IMG/VR virus record: IMGVR_UViG_3300037790_000077
Length of the DNA stretch: 48,300 nucleotides
Strand: one strand, 5' to 3'
DNA from: a virus
Shown here: in pieces, positions 25,960 through 35,696 of the stretch
How positions within the stretch are numbered: position 1 is the first letter of the stretch
Layout of the letters: each line of letters starts with the position of its first letter
Made by a program: the position numbers and the translations under genes
Notes under the pieces: model-generated
The model's database searches: none
What the model saw: only the letters and a program-made list of their open reading frames with translations
Told to the model about the DNA's origin: nothing

Positions 25960-26163
25960 TCAGAGTGCCTGCGCCGTGCGCGGGATCTCGATACCCAGGG
26001 CGGCCGCCTTGGCGCGGGACATGGTGACGATATCGCCGGCAGCACGCTGCGGCAGCGCCTCATACGAGCCGAGCAGCGCGAAACGCACCACGCCGGACGG
26101 CTTGGCGGTGGCCTTCTTTTTCGCCGGGGCTTTCTCGACCGGCTTGGTCTTGGCTTGGGACAT
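25960..26163 (-). CDS. Hypothetical Lys/Ala-rich small protein, 67 aa
   Basis: Trimmed to the ATG at 26163 with AGGAGGG upstream (MSQAKTKPVEKAPAKKK). Confidence 0.65.
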   Translation of the reverse strand: MSQAKTKPVEKAPAKKKATAKPSGVVRFALLGSYEALPQRAAGDIVTMSRAKAAALGIEIPRTAQAL

Positions 26164-26238
26164 GATGACCCTCCTTTCGTCGGTTTGAACGGAACCGGTT
26201 TTCGCCCGCCACCGCACATCGATGACGGGGGGAAACCG

Positions 26239-26259
26239 CCCCGGCCGGGACGGCCGGGG
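26239..26259 (-). promoter_or_regulatory. GC-rich RNA hairpin downstream of the capsid gene
   Basis: CCCCGGCCG / 3-nt loop / CGGCCGGGG. On the minus strand it is followed only by CGGTTTCC (weak U tract). Confidence 0.3.
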
Positions 26260-26291
26260 AGGTTCGCCATTCAAGGATCGGGCGGGCCCGA

Positions 26292-27368
26292 TCAGTCCGA
26301 TGAATGCACCTTCACCAAGACTTTGGGCTGTTTGCAGATCGGCAGAATGTTCATCTCCGCCCACAGGTTCACGCCCTTGCCGTAGGGCATTTCGTCGGAT
26401 GCCATGAAGATCGGCAGGGCGAAGCGCTCGTCGACCTCGTCGGCGAAGTCGATATCCATGATGGCGGGCAGGCCATTGACTTCATCCAGCGTGTCGGCCG
26501 GCGCCGCATAGGTGGCGAACACCTCTTCGGTGCCGGTCGGCCGGGCATAGCCGGTCGAGGTTTCAATGAAGGCCTCGAGCGAGCCCGACTTCATCGGTGC
26601 CTTGCCGCGATATTCCACATAGGTGACATCGCCGAACGGGTTGAAGACCCGGCCGGAAATACCGCCGGTGCGCTGGCGATAGAGCTTGCGAAGCTCCCTG
26701 GCATCTTCGGAATTCTTGTACAGCTCGACCATATTGGGATGGGTGATGAAGTCGGAGAAGAATTTCGTATCGACCAGGACTTCGACGCCGTCCGAGCTTT
26801 CGCCCATCAGATTGTCCTCGATCGAGGCGCGCAGTTCTTCATCCTTGGCCTGCAAATCGGTGCTGTCGGTGCCCAGCTTGAAATCGATGACGGTCTGGGT
26901 GACGCCGAAATCGGTGTAGAGATTGGTCAGCGTGTTGCCGGCACCATCCTTGATGACACCCTTGAGAGCCTGGACGCGCAGGTATTCCGCCGTGATCGCC
27001 TGGCGCCGGGCAATCTCGCGCTGGCGCTTGGCCAGTTCCATGGAAAGATTGGCGGCGACCTCGACACCGTTCACGACCGTTTTGCGATCCTGCAGGTCGC
27101 CCGCCTTGATCGAATCCTCCGCCGGAAAGTGCGGCACCTGGAAGATCTTCAGGTTCTGACGATCGCGCTTGGCCTGATCGCCCGGCGCGCCGCGCGGCTT
27201 GGCCTCGAGGACGGTCAGAATGCCATTGTCTTCGGTGATCTGAACGAAGGTCGAGGTGAGTTCTTCCAGCGGGAAGACATTAAGCGCAGAGACAAGGCCG
27301 TAGCGCTTGGGGTGCAGGCGGACCTCCTGGGTCATCGCCCGGGCGGTAAACGGGAAATTGAACGACAT
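26292..27368 (-). CDS. Major capsid protein (lambda gpE-like)
   Basis: Track ORF 26292..27686 trimmed to the ATG at 27368 (MSFNFPFTARAM, GGAGA RBS), 358 aa. It sits after the decoration and S49-protease genes as in lambda. Confidence 0.9.
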   Translation of the reverse strand: MSFNFPFTARAMTQEVRLHPKRYGLVSALNVFPLEELTSTFVQITEDNGILTVLEAKPRGAPGDQAKRDRQNLKIFQVPHFPAEDSIKAGDLQDRKTVVNGVEVAANLSMELAKRQREIARRQAITAEYLRVQALKGVIKDGAGNTLTNLYTDFGVTQTVIDFKLGTDSTDLQAKDEELRASIEDNLMGESSDGVEVLVDTKFFSDFITHPNMVELYKNSEDARELRKLYRQRTGGISGRVFNPFGDVTYVEYRGKAPMKSGSLEAFIETSTGYARPTGTEEVFATYAAPADTLDEVNGLPAIMDIDFADEVDERFALPIFMASDEMPYGKGVNLWAEMNILPICKQPKVLVKVHSSD

Positions 27369-27480
27369 GCCGTTTCTCCATGGCAGGCGCCCGGACGGCC
27401 CGGGGGCCGCGGACGTGGTCGAATGAGGGATCGGGGTTAGTGAGGGAAGGCCCGGCAGCGCACCGCCGGGCCGGGCGGCG

Positions 27481-28161
27481 TCAGACGCCGTCGCGGACGA
27501 CGATGCCCAGGGCCAGCAGGGCCGCGTCGATCGCGGCTTTCTGGCCGGTCGAGGCGCCGTCGGGATAGGCGAGCTCGTCGCGAAGGAGCACGGCCGGGCC
27601 GCGGGCGAGGTACAGCAGCTTGGCATCGCTGCCATCCGGGGCCGTGGTGTCGCGCAGACACACACCGCGCACAGTCTGGCTGCCATCGACGGCGTCCAGA
27701 TCGAGCGCCTGCAGCTTGACGGTGCCTTCGCTCACCGTGACGGTGAAGCCATCGCCGGCGGCGAAGTCGGTGCCGCCATCGCCCAGGGTGAGGGCAATCT
27801 CGCCATTGTCATAGGCTTCCGTGACCGTCAGATCGGCCTTGCGGTCACCATCCGGGCCGACCACCGAGAACAGGCCGCCATTGGTGGCCGCTTCGATGCA
27901 TTCCAGCGTGTAGACGCCAACCTGGGCATTGGCACCCAGCGCGAGACCGGAGATCGTGCCATTGCCCGTATTGCCGTCGGCAGGCGCCGACGCGATGGTC
28001 AGCGCTGCGGCCGCGAGCAGCGTGCCGAGCACCACCGTGCGCACCGCGCCGGAACCGGCCAGCAGGGTGCCCTGTTCCCGGCAATACGACGGATCGTATT
28101 CCTTTTTCAAAAGATCGCTCAGGGCCTTCGGTTCAGCCCCGGTACCAACCATGAGAGACAT
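27481..28161 (-). CDS. Head decoration protein (gpD-like, extended)
   Basis: 226 aa. GAGGAG RBS. Gly/Thr/Ala/Asp-rich and beta-like. Located between the protease/scaffold and capsid genes. Confidence 0.7.
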   Translation of the reverse strand: MSLMVGTGAEPKALSDLLKKEYDPSYCREQGTLLAGSGAVRTVVLGTLLAAAALTIASAPADGNTGNGTISGLALGANAQVGVYTLECIEAATNGGLFSVVGPDGDRKADLTVTEAYDNGEIALTLGDGGTDFAAGDGFTVTVSEGTVKLQALDLDAVDGSQTVRGVCLRDTTAPDGSDAKLLYLARGPAVLLRDELAYPDGASTGQKAAIDAALLALGIVVRDGV

Positions 28162-28212
28162 GGCTTTCTCCTCGTTTGCAGCGTTTCAGTGAGAAGGGCC
28201 GGCAAGGCCCGT

Positions 28213-28237
28213 GTCTGCCGGCACCGCGCCGGCAGAC
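28213..28237 (-). promoter_or_regulatory. 10-bp GC-rich hairpin between the protease/scaffold and decoration genes
   Basis: GTCTGCCGGC / 5-nt loop / GCCGGCAGAC. No U tract follows. Confidence 0.3.
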
Positions 28238-28240
28238 GGG

Positions 28241-29887
28241 TTAGCGGCGGCGGCCGAGGCGCTTGTGGGCCGCCGACAAGGCGGAAGCCCCGCCATCCTT
28301 GTCATCGGCCTTATCGGCAGCCGGGGCCGTCGGCTTGACACCGGCGCGGCCGCCCACAAGCGCACTCAGGATCGGGCTGGCTTCGCGGGCGGCTTCGGAC
28401 AGGAGGCCCTTGGCCTGGGCGAAGGTCAGGCTGCCCGCGCCGACCTGGGCGGCGAGAGTGGCACCAAAACTCGGCTTGCCCTGATCCTTGGCCAGCTTTG
28501 CGATCAGGCAACCGGCTTCGGCGCCAGTCTGGGCTTTGGGTTCTTCCTCGCCCTCGCCTTCGGCCGTGGTGTCTTCCTCCTCGTCACCTTCGGCCTTGGC
28601 GTCTTTATCGCCCTCGTCTTCGGCCGTGGTGTCTTCCTCGTCGTCACCTTCGGCGGTGCCGTCTTCCTCGCCGCCCTCGGCCGAGGCCAGCAGGGCAGTC
28701 AGTTCCGCCGATGCCGCTTCAAGTTCGGCAATCGCAGACTTGTCGCCGGTGGCGGCCTTGGCGCGCAACGCGGCAATCTTGGCTTTCAGATCCATGTCGG
28801 ACTCCTGATCTGGGCCGCTCGTCGGAACGCTGGCCGTGCCCGGCTGGGCACCACCTCCGGGGGCGCGGCCGACACCGCCCGTTTGCGCATCAAAAGACCC
28901 GCCGGACGCAGCCGGACGGGCGAGAAGGCGCAGCGCCTCAAAGGCCTGCTGATAGGTGAGCTGATCGTCGACAATGCCGACATCGGCCGCCTGCGGATCC
29001 AGATCGGAATGACCGGTTTCCGCGGCGCCGACCGTGAAGACGCGGGCTTCCCAGCCGTGATGCGCGGCGATGGCCTCGGCATCGATGCGGCGGCCGGCGG
29101 CGAACTCGCGATAGAACCGGGTGGCGAGGTGATCGACTTCCGCCTGAAACAGGCCCGATTCCTCTTCGGTCGGCGCCCGGAAGGGCGTGCCCATGTCCTT
29201 CAGCCGGCCGGATGTCCATTCATGGCGCGTGTCGCCGATGCGCTCGAGCCAGCCGGACATGTCGAAATAGCCCATACGGATACCGATGGACCCGACCGAG
29301 GCATCCGGTTCGGCCCAGATCGCCCCGGCCTGGGCCGACAGGCACTGGGCCGCCGAACACGACATGCGGACAAAGGCCGCCGTCGGCTTGCCGCTTTCTT
29401 CGCGCACCGACCGCAGGGCGCGCGCCGCCTCGATCATGGATGCCGTAAGGCCGCCCGGACTGTCATGCACATACAGGGTGCCGGCGACACGGCTGTCCGC
29501 CGCTGCAGCGCGCGCGGCCGACACGATGCCGCGATACCCGCCGAACCATTCATCGTCGTACCAGTCGTAATAGCCGCGCGGCGTGAGCACCCCGGCCACA
29601 TCGATCAGGGCGATATCGTCCAGCAGCGCATAGCCGCCCTCGCAATACTCGCCTTCGCCATTGGCCCAGACCGGAATATCGGCCGGTGAGCCGACGGGCT
29701 GCGGCGGCCGTTCATCCTTCGGAGCAACCACACGCTGGATACCCGCTTCGGCGCGTTCCAGGAGGGACGGATCGAGACCGGCGCGCCAGCGCTGCGGACC
29801 CATCAGGGCCAGACGCGCGACATCGCCCATGAAGCGTTCGGGCAGGGCAAGCGTTTGCAGCCCGGTCGGAAACCAGGGTTTCGGCAT
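28241..29887 (-). CDS. Head maturation protease (S49/ClpP-like, lambda gpC-like) fused to an acidic scaffold-like C-terminus
   Basis: 548 aa. The N-terminal two thirds look like an S49 peptidase (DSPGG and GSIG-type blocks). The C-terminus is a helical, highly acidic region. Confidence 0.9.
   Translation of the reverse strand: MPKPWFPTGLQTLALPERFMGDVARLALMGPQRWRAGLDPSLLERAEAGIQRVVAPKDERPPQPVGSPADIPVWANGEGEYCEGGYALLDDIALIDVAGVLTPRGYYDWYDDEWFGGYRGIVSAARAAAADSRVAGTLYVHDSPGGLTASMIEAARALRSVREESGKPTAAFVRMSCSAAQCLSAQAGAIWAEPDASVGSIGIRMGYFDMSGWLERIGDTRHEWTSGRLKDMGTPFRAPTEEESGLFQAEVDHLATRFYREFAAGRRIDAEAIAAHHGWEARVFTVGAAETGHSDLDPQAADVGIVDDQLTYQQAFEALRLLARPAASGGSFDAQTGGVGRAPGGGAQPGTASVPTSGPDQESDMDLKAKIAALRAKAATGDKSAIAELEAASAELTALLASAEGGEEDGTAEGDDEEDTTAEDEGDKDAKAEGDEEEDTTAEGEGEEEPKAQTGAEAGCLIAKLAKDQGKPSFGATLAAQVGAGSLTFAQAKGLLSEAAREASPILSALVGGRAGVKPTAPAADKADDKDGGASALSAAHKRLGRRR
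28551..28654 (-). repeat. Two 44-bp direct repeats (28551..28594 and 28611..28654) encoding the acidic EGD(E/D)EEDTTAE duplication
   Basis: The copies differ at 2 positions and lie 60 bp apart. Confidence 0.85.
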
Positions 29888-29905
29888 GGCGGTGTCCTTG
29901 TGCGC

Positions 29906-31606
29906 TTAGTTGGCCGGGCCGTCGCTGGATCCATGGGCGGCATTGATGGCCGCCATGGCCTGAAGATCGCCCAGTGTGATCCCGGCCTGTTCCAGCTTGG
30001 CCTTGTCCCGCTTGATGCGGGCGATCAGACGTTCGAAGTCCTGGCCGTGCTCGGCCGCCAGGTCGGACGGCGCGATGACGCCGTTTTCCAGGCGCAGGCG
30101 GTCGCCCATCGCTTCCTTGACCGGATCCACATAATCCTTGCGGCTTCCCAGCCATTTGCCGGCGAGGTAGGCGCCCGGCTCGTCAAGGATGTGCGGCGCG
30201 CCGGGCGGCAGATCCAGCTCGCCGCGCTCGAATGCCTCCTGCAGCACACAGAAGAGCAGCGGTGCGGCGAGTTTCTTTTCGTCCAGCGCCCGCTCGCGGG
30301 ACAGCGATCGCGTGGCATCGTTCTGCGAGGTGCGCGCGCTGGAAAACGTCGTGCGCGAAAAGTCCCGGGTGAGCAGTTCGGAGGTGAGGCCGAGACCGGC
30401 ACCCGACTGCATCGCCACGGCCGTGATCGTGTCGGCAAAGGCATTCGTGTCGCGCTGGGCCTGATTGATCTTCAGCTCATCGCCCGGGAAGGTCTGGATG
30501 ACCCGCGTTCCGCCGACGCGGATCCCGGCTTCCTTGTAGAAGGCCTCACGGGTGTCCAGCAGTTCGTCGGCACCGCCTTCGGCGAACATTTCGCGGATGT
30601 ATTCAGCATCCATCGACGAGGTGACGTTGGCAAAGACCAGGGCGTTCAGCACACGCGAGCGCAGTTCGGCCTCATTCAGGTCCGACAGGCTCTGCAGCCG
30701 CGACATCACCGACACGAAGGGCGAAATGCCGCGGGTCTGGCCGGCGCGCTTTTGCCGGTAGACATGCAGCACGCGCGAGCGGCCGGGGATCAGCGGATCC
30801 CAGCGGGGATACCAGTTTCCCCGCATGCTGCGGCCAAACTCGCCGACGCCTTCGGGATGCCCGTCCAGGACGTGATAGGCAATGCGCCGGCCGCGCTCAT
30901 CGCGGCCCACACCGCTGATCGCGCGTTCGACCGGCACGGCATAATCGACACCCGCATCCTGAATCCGGGCCGACGTGCCCATACCGTCCGGCAGGCCCAT
31001 CGGATTGCGCAGGCGGTCGGGATCGACCACCTGCAGGGCGGTCTGATACGGCCAGGCCTCGTCGGCGGGCAGCGCATTGACCAGGCACAGGGACTCGCCC
31101 TCGACCTGCCGGTGACGGCCGGCCAGATCCACCATCAGGTCAAAATCCAGCTCGCCTTCCCAGTCGCACCGGCATTGCGGATCCTGGGCCCAGCGGCGCC
31201 AGGCCAGCTCGATCGAACGGGCAAGGCGCGCCAGAGCCGGAGAATCGGGCGGCAGGCGAAAGGCCGCCGGATCCGGCGAGGACGCAAACGTGATCGACGT
31301 GCCGAACATCAAGGTCAGCTTCTGTTCGACGCCGGAAGCCGCGAGCGGTTCATCCTCGACCAGACGGCGGATCCGAGGCACGGCCACCAGCCGGTCGTGC
31401 AGCCAGTTCCGGTCGGCCGAACCGGTCGAGGCGCGCTGGCCGGCGAAGGCCGGGTCCATGGGATCCCCGGCGCGGGTGGCGGACACCGACCGGTGCGGCA
31501 CCATCAGCGTGGGGCGGTCGGCCGCGGCCGCAGCGCCGCGCGGGCCCGACAGCTGGGCAGCACGACGGGCCCGGACGCGTCCGGCTGCGAATGCAGATCG
31601 ACGCAT
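29906..31606 (-). CDS. Portal protein (lambda gpB-type)
   Basis: 566 aa, between the gpW and S49-protease genes. The start is uncertain because internal ATGs exist. Confidence 0.9.
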   Translation of the reverse strand: MRRSAFAAGRVRARRAAQLSGPRGAAAAADRPTLMVPHRSVSATRAGDPMDPAFAGQRASTGSADRNWLHDRLVAVPRIRRLVEDEPLAASGVEQKLTLMFGTSITFASSPDPAAFRLPPDSPALARLARSIELAWRRWAQDPQCRCDWEGELDFDLMVDLAGRHRQVEGESLCLVNALPADEAWPYQTALQVVDPDRLRNPMGLPDGMGTSARIQDAGVDYAVPVERAISGVGRDERGRRIAYHVLDGHPEGVGEFGRSMRGNWYPRWDPLIPGRSRVLHVYRQKRAGQTRGISPFVSVMSRLQSLSDLNEAELRSRVLNALVFANVTSSMDAEYIREMFAEGGADELLDTREAFYKEAGIRVGGTRVIQTFPGDELKINQAQRDTNAFADTITAVAMQSGAGLGLTSELLTRDFSRTTFSSARTSQNDATRSLSRERALDEKKLAAPLLFCVLQEAFERGELDLPPGAPHILDEPGAYLAGKWLGSRKDYVDPVKEAMGDRLRLENGVIAPSDLAAEHGQDFERLIARIKRDKAKLEQAGITLGDLQAMAAINAAHGSSDGPAN

Positions 31607-31610
31607 GGGC

Positions 31611-31841
31611 CTAGACCTTTATCGGCGCGGCCGGGCTGCGGCCGCCGGTGAGGCGGGCCAGCTCGGCTTTAAGTTCACGAAGGCGGCGGCGGATGCTGGT
31701 CTCACTGTCTCCGGCCGCGCGGAAACGCAGTTCGCGATCGCCGCGCTTGATACCCTCGACACGGTCAGGATCGGCCAGGGCCGTGAGGCGGGTCTCGAGC
31801 GTATCGATCTCGGCCTGGACGGCTGCAGCATCGCGCGCCAT
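31611..31841 (-). CDS. Head-to-tail joining protein gpW-like
   Basis: 76 aa, helical, located between TerL and the portal exactly as lambda W. GGAG RBS. Confidence 0.8.
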   Translation of the reverse strand: MARDAAAVQAEIDTLETRLTALADPDRVEGIKRGDRELRFRAAGDSETSIRRRLRELKAELARLTGGRSPAAPIKV

Positions 31842-31986
31842 GGGCGTCTCCGTTTCAGTTGCAGGGTGTGGCGGGGCGCGACCTGGGGTCCTTATTGCGA
31901 ATGCCTTCGCGCAGGCTGGCCCGATAACCAGCCGCCGGGGGCCTTGCGAGCCGTACCGGACGCCCCTTCTCAGGGTATGGGGTGAA

Positions 31987-32024
31987 GCGAGACCGGCCCG
32001 TCGGGTCGGGCGGGCCGGTCTCGC
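31987..32024 (-). promoter_or_regulatory. 14-bp perfect GC-rich hairpin in the TerL-gpW intergenic region
   Basis: GCGAGACCGGCCCG / 10-nt loop / CGGGCCGGTCTCGC. No U tract follows. Confidence 0.4.
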
Positions 32025-32054
32025 GGGCCGCGGCGCGGGCCGCTCGCCACGGAT

Positions 32055-34193
32055 CTAGTCGGCGTTCTGGGCCGCAAGGCGGGCGAGCGCGCCGGATATG
32101 CGGCGGGGCCGGGCCTCGCCATTCGTTGCAGCCGCCGCCGGCAGGACATCGCGATCGAACAGATCGCCCTGCCCTTGGGCCATTTCGATGACGGCGCGCA
32201 CCTGGGCCTCGCGATCGTGCCATTCGGCATCCGACCAGCGGCCACGATGTTCGGCCCGGGCGCCGCAGTGTTCCAGCGCGGCCAGGGCATAGACATCGCA
32301 GTCGAAATAGTGGTTTTCGCCGCGCGCCTTCCAGGAGAAGCGCTTGCGGCCCGTGGCCTTGTTTTCTTCCTCGAAAATGTATTCCGAGGTGAGTTGCTGG
32401 AAGACATGGTCTTCGCAATCGCCCGGGAAGTGATAGACGCCCCGGGCGGGGCCTTCCGCCTCGCTGGGTTTTTCCAGCGTCTTGCGGAAGCGTGTGACGA
32501 TGACGTTTTTCGCGTCCCAGGTGCCGATGTGCCAGACCTTCAGCCCCGCAAAGCGCTTGCGCTTGCCCGAGGTTTTCAGCTCGGTCTCGGTGGCCTTCCA
32601 GATCATCGGCTTGTGCCAGCCGCCCTCGCCATTGATGGCCAGGACGCGCGGATCGCGGCGCTTTTTCACGAAGGCCTTGACCGCGTCGGTATTGTAATTC
32701 GCGTCGATCAGAACCCGGTCGAAGGCGAAGCGGGCACCGCCGGGAAGCGGCGCGCCGGCATCGGTGAGCGTGTGCAGCTTGCGCCAGACCTCTGATCCGG
32801 GCTCGGCCGTCTCGCCGGCGATGAAGCCATAGTCGAGGACCCAGCTTTCCTCGTTCCGGTTCCAGCCCTTGACCCAGAAATAGACGCCATCGCGCTGGAC
32901 ATCGACGGTGAGCGTGAAGACGAGCGGACCCCACACGCCCCGGCCGCGATGAAAGGCGGCATCCTTGCGGGCGGCGAGCGCTTCCCAGTCGGGCACATCC
33001 GTCGTCAGTTCGTAAACCCGGCCGAGCACGGTGTTGAAAAACACCTGTTCGGCCTTGGGATCGCCCTGCGCCTCGGCCCATTTCGCGCAGATATTGTCCA
33101 GCGTCTCGAACGCATTGATGACGCCGGTAATCCAGAATCCCGGCCGGCCCGCCAGCGGGCCCATGTTGCGCTCTTTCCAGATCTCGACCTCGCCGGCCGG
33201 GATCACCTTCGGCGGGGTGACGCCCTCGACCTTGGCCGTCGGGATCCAGACGCCCGCGCCCAGCATGTCGGGCTTGTCGGCATCGGTGTGGCAGTGTTCG
33301 CAGGCGGGGCACTGCAGATAGGCTTCCCAGGGCGCCTCGGCATTGGACTGGATATCTTCCCAGTCCCAGTCGACCTTCGCGCCGCAGCCCTGGCAGCCCA
33401 TGTAGTAGCGGCGCCGGTCGGACGCCTCGTATTTCTTCATGATGCGCGAAGCGCGCGCGATCAGCGGCGTGGAGATCGCCAGGATCTTGGCCAGACCCAG
33501 TTTGAGATAGGTCTTGAAGCGCTGATCCGCGAGCTTGTCGGGATCGCCCTCGCCCTCGGCATTCTCGGCCCAGCCGTCCAGATCGTCCTTCACGCCCAGG
33601 CGGATGGTGTGCTGGCGCAGCGTGGCGGCAGAATTCGAGCCGGCGCCCAGGATGGACGAGCCGTTCGCGAACTTGATTTCCAGCCCCTTGGATCCGCCTT
33701 CCGTGCGCGAATGGCGGGGCAGCACACAGCCGCCCTCTTCCGGATTCAGCACTTCGGAAGCCTCGACCAGCTTCCAGTATTTGCGCTCCGCCCAGGCCTT
33801 GAACTGGCTGACCGTCGGGTGGATCACCATGGCCGGCGCGTTGAAGGTGGACAGACAGGCCGACAGCCAGAGATCCGCCACCACCGTCCCGCCGGACTGG
33901 GCCGGCTTGATCACGGGTATCTCGTCGCCCGGCCGGTCGGGCGACAGCTCGAACAGGATTTCCTCGAGATACGGCGCCGTTGCGTGGCGGAAGGGCCCCG
34001 GTGCGGGGGAGCCTTCCGGAAAGCTCACATGCCGCGGATCGGTCGGCCAGGCCGCCACGTCCAGCGGCGGGGGCGGGCGCAGCGCGTCCAGAAAGCCGCG
34101 AACGACATCGCGGCCATTGCGCGCGAGCGCCACCGACAGCGGAATATCGGCAATACTACTGACAGCGTCCCCGATCTGGGATCCGTCAGCCAT
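32055..34193 (-). CDS. Terminase large subunit (lambda GpA-type)
   Basis: 712 aa. Size, N-terminal ATPase block (KPAQSGGT) and gene order TerS-TerL-W-portal support the call. Confidence 0.95.
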   Translation of the reverse strand: MADGSQIGDAVSSIADIPLSVALARNGRDVVRGFLDALRPPPPLDVAAWPTDPRHVSFPEGSPAPGPFRHATAPYLEEILFELSPDRPGDEIPVIKPAQSGGTVVADLWLSACLSTFNAPAMVIHPTVSQFKAWAERKYWKLVEASEVLNPEEGGCVLPRHSRTEGGSKGLEIKFANGSSILGAGSNSAATLRQHTIRLGVKDDLDGWAENAEGEGDPDKLADQRFKTYLKLGLAKILAISTPLIARASRIMKKYEASDRRRYYMGCQGCGAKVDWDWEDIQSNAEAPWEAYLQCPACEHCHTDADKPDMLGAGVWIPTAKVEGVTPPKVIPAGEVEIWKERNMGPLAGRPGFWITGVINAFETLDNICAKWAEAQGDPKAEQVFFNTVLGRVYELTTDVPDWEALAARKDAAFHRGRGVWGPLVFTLTVDVQRDGVYFWVKGWNRNEESWVLDYGFIAGETAEPGSEVWRKLHTLTDAGAPLPGGARFAFDRVLIDANYNTDAVKAFVKKRRDPRVLAINGEGGWHKPMIWKATETELKTSGKRKRFAGLKVWHIGTWDAKNVIVTRFRKTLEKPSEAEGPARGVYHFPGDCEDHVFQQLTSEYIFEEENKATGRKRFSWKARGENHYFDCDVYALAALEHCGARAEHRGRWSDAEWHDREAQVRAVIEMAQGQGDLFDRDVLPAAAATNGEARPRRISGALARLAAQNAD

Positions 34194-34812
34194 GATCCTG
34201 TTGCAGGGCCAGCGCCTCTTCCGCGGCCTCTTCCAGCAGTTCTTCGCCCAGGTCGGAAGCGAAGGCCTCCAGACCGAGGCGCAACTCTTCCACGATGATG
34301 CCGCGCGCCTTGCGCGGGTCTTTCGGGTCGATCCGGTTTGCTGCCGGAATCGCCGTCATCATGATGGCGGTGACGAGACGGCCGGCCAGCCGGTTCCAGC
34401 GTTCCGACATGCCTTTCTTGTCGACCAGCGAGCCGACCAGGCGTTCATACTGGACCCGCTTGGTCTTGGCCGTGAAAGTGCGCGTCACGGCGTCGGCCTG
34501 CTGGCTGGCCAGGCGCGACGGATCCACGCTCTGGCGCGGCGCGGGGTCCTCGTCGTCATCATCGGCCGGCCCCGGTGCGGCCTGGGCCTTCAGCGGGTTC
34601 TGCCCTTCGGCCCGGCGCCGATCCGACGCCACCGCGTCGACCAGCTGGCCGCCTTCGCCATCATCGGCCAGGACGATCAGCCCGCGTTTCTTCCAGCGCG
34701 AGACCGACTGTTTCTTCACCCCGCGCGCTTCGCCATAATCCTTCTGGGTGGCAAAATAGGCCGGCGACCCGTCATCCAGCGATTTCTCGAGCATTTCCGA
34801 ACGGGTCGACAT
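34186..34812 (-). CDS. Terminase small subunit
   Basis: 208 aa. N-terminal HTH-like GVKKQSVSRWKKRGL. It overlaps the TerL start by 8 nt. Confidence 0.8.
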   Translation of the reverse strand: MSTRSEMLEKSLDDGSPAYFATQKDYGEARGVKKQSVSRWKKRGLIVLADDGEGGQLVDAVASDRRRAEGQNPLKAQAAPGPADDDDEDPAPRQSVDPSRLASQQADAVTRTFTAKTKRVQYERLVGSLVDKKGMSERWNRLAGRLVTAIMMTAIPAANRIDPKDPRKARGIIVEELRLGLEAFASDLGEELLEEAAEEALALQQDHG

Positions 34813-34831
34813 GGCCTAACACCCCGCCCGA

Positions 34832-35578
34832 TCAGGACCGGGCTTTCTCCTTTTCCTGGCGCGCCTTCAAATCGGCCGCGGCCTGGTGCGACTTCCCGTC
34901 GCTTTCCCGCTTCGCCGGAATTCCCATCACCCGGAACGCCGCGGTCACGATCTGGTCGGCGGCACTCAGGGCGCCCGCATCGGCATCCGCCGAAACCTCG
35001 AACCGAAGCGACTTGCCGAGCAACCACACATCGCCGGCCGAACACCCGTTCGGCACGTCCGCTGCATCGGGAGCATTCCGGGCCGGTGCGGCATCCGGCT
35101 TTGACGTGCGTTTCGTGGCGGCTTTGCCGGACTTCGGCGCGTCGACACTGTCCAGCAGCTTCGCCAGATCCTTGTCCGAGAACCCGATCCCGGTCAGGTC
35201 GACTTCCGCCGTTTGCAGATCGCCCAGCTCGGCCTTCAGGATATCGTCATCCCAGCGGGCCATGTCCGCGATCCGGTTGTCGGCGAGGCAATAGGCGCGC
35301 GCCTCTTCCAGCGACATGTGCGACAGGTCGACACCCGGGATCGTTTCGAGCCCGATTTCCTTCGCCGCTTCCCACCTGCCATGACCGGCCAGCAGCATCC
35401 CGTCCTGCCAGACACCCACCGGCACATTGAACCCGAACCGCCGAATGCCCGCGACCAGCGCCGTCATCTGGCGCTTGGAATGCTTGCGCGCATTGCGCTC
35501 ATAGGGACGAAGATCAGAGACGAGGAAGTCCCGCACCGGAGCGCAATCCACCTCATCCAGCACCGCAGTTTCGGTCAC
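34832..35578 (-). CDS. ParB-like nuclease domain protein
   Basis: LRPYERNARKHSKRQ ... LLAGHGRWEAAKEIG is a ParB N-terminal-domain signature. GTG start at 35578. It is the first gene of the late block. Confidence 0.85.
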   Translation of the reverse strand: MTETAVLDEVDCAPVRDFLVSDLRPYERNARKHSKRQMTALVAGIRRFGFNVPVGVWQDGMLLAGHGRWEAAKEIGLETIPGVDLSHMSLEEARAYCLADNRIADMARWDDDILKAELGDLQTAEVDLTGIGFSDKDLAKLLDSVDAPKSGKAATKRTSKPDAAPARNAPDAADVPNGCSAGDVWLLGKSLRFEVSADADAGALSAADQIVTAAFRVMGIPAKRESDGKSHQAAADLKARQEKEKARS

Positions 35579-35586
35579 CGGTCACC
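35573..35586. repeat. Tandem GGTCACC GGTCACC straddling the ParB-like start codon
   Basis: Read directly from the sequence. The same hexamer core GTCACC forms the arms of the 46457..46473 palindrome. Confidence 0.3.
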
Positions 35587-35668
35587 CATCTTGAAAAGCT
35601 GTGTGTCTGCAAAACCCCCGCGCTCAGATGCCCCGTATACGCGGATCGGGCCAGGAGGACCCGCAAGC

Positions 35669-35696
35669 ATCTTATTTTTCAGCGCGCGGCCATGAA
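35669..35696 (-). promoter_or_regulatory. Candidate late promoter
   Basis: On the minus strand TTCATG, 16 nt, then TAAGAT, immediately after the early terminator and about 90 nt upstream of the ParB-like gene. Confidence 0.3.

Noticed and set aside
35595-35612. CTGTGTGTCTGCAAAACC in the late-promoter gap, which resembles the left half of the AGTGYGY...AACACA operator.
   Set aside because: The right half (AAAACC) does not match AACACA and the dyad symmetry is lost. It is not counted as a fifth operator.
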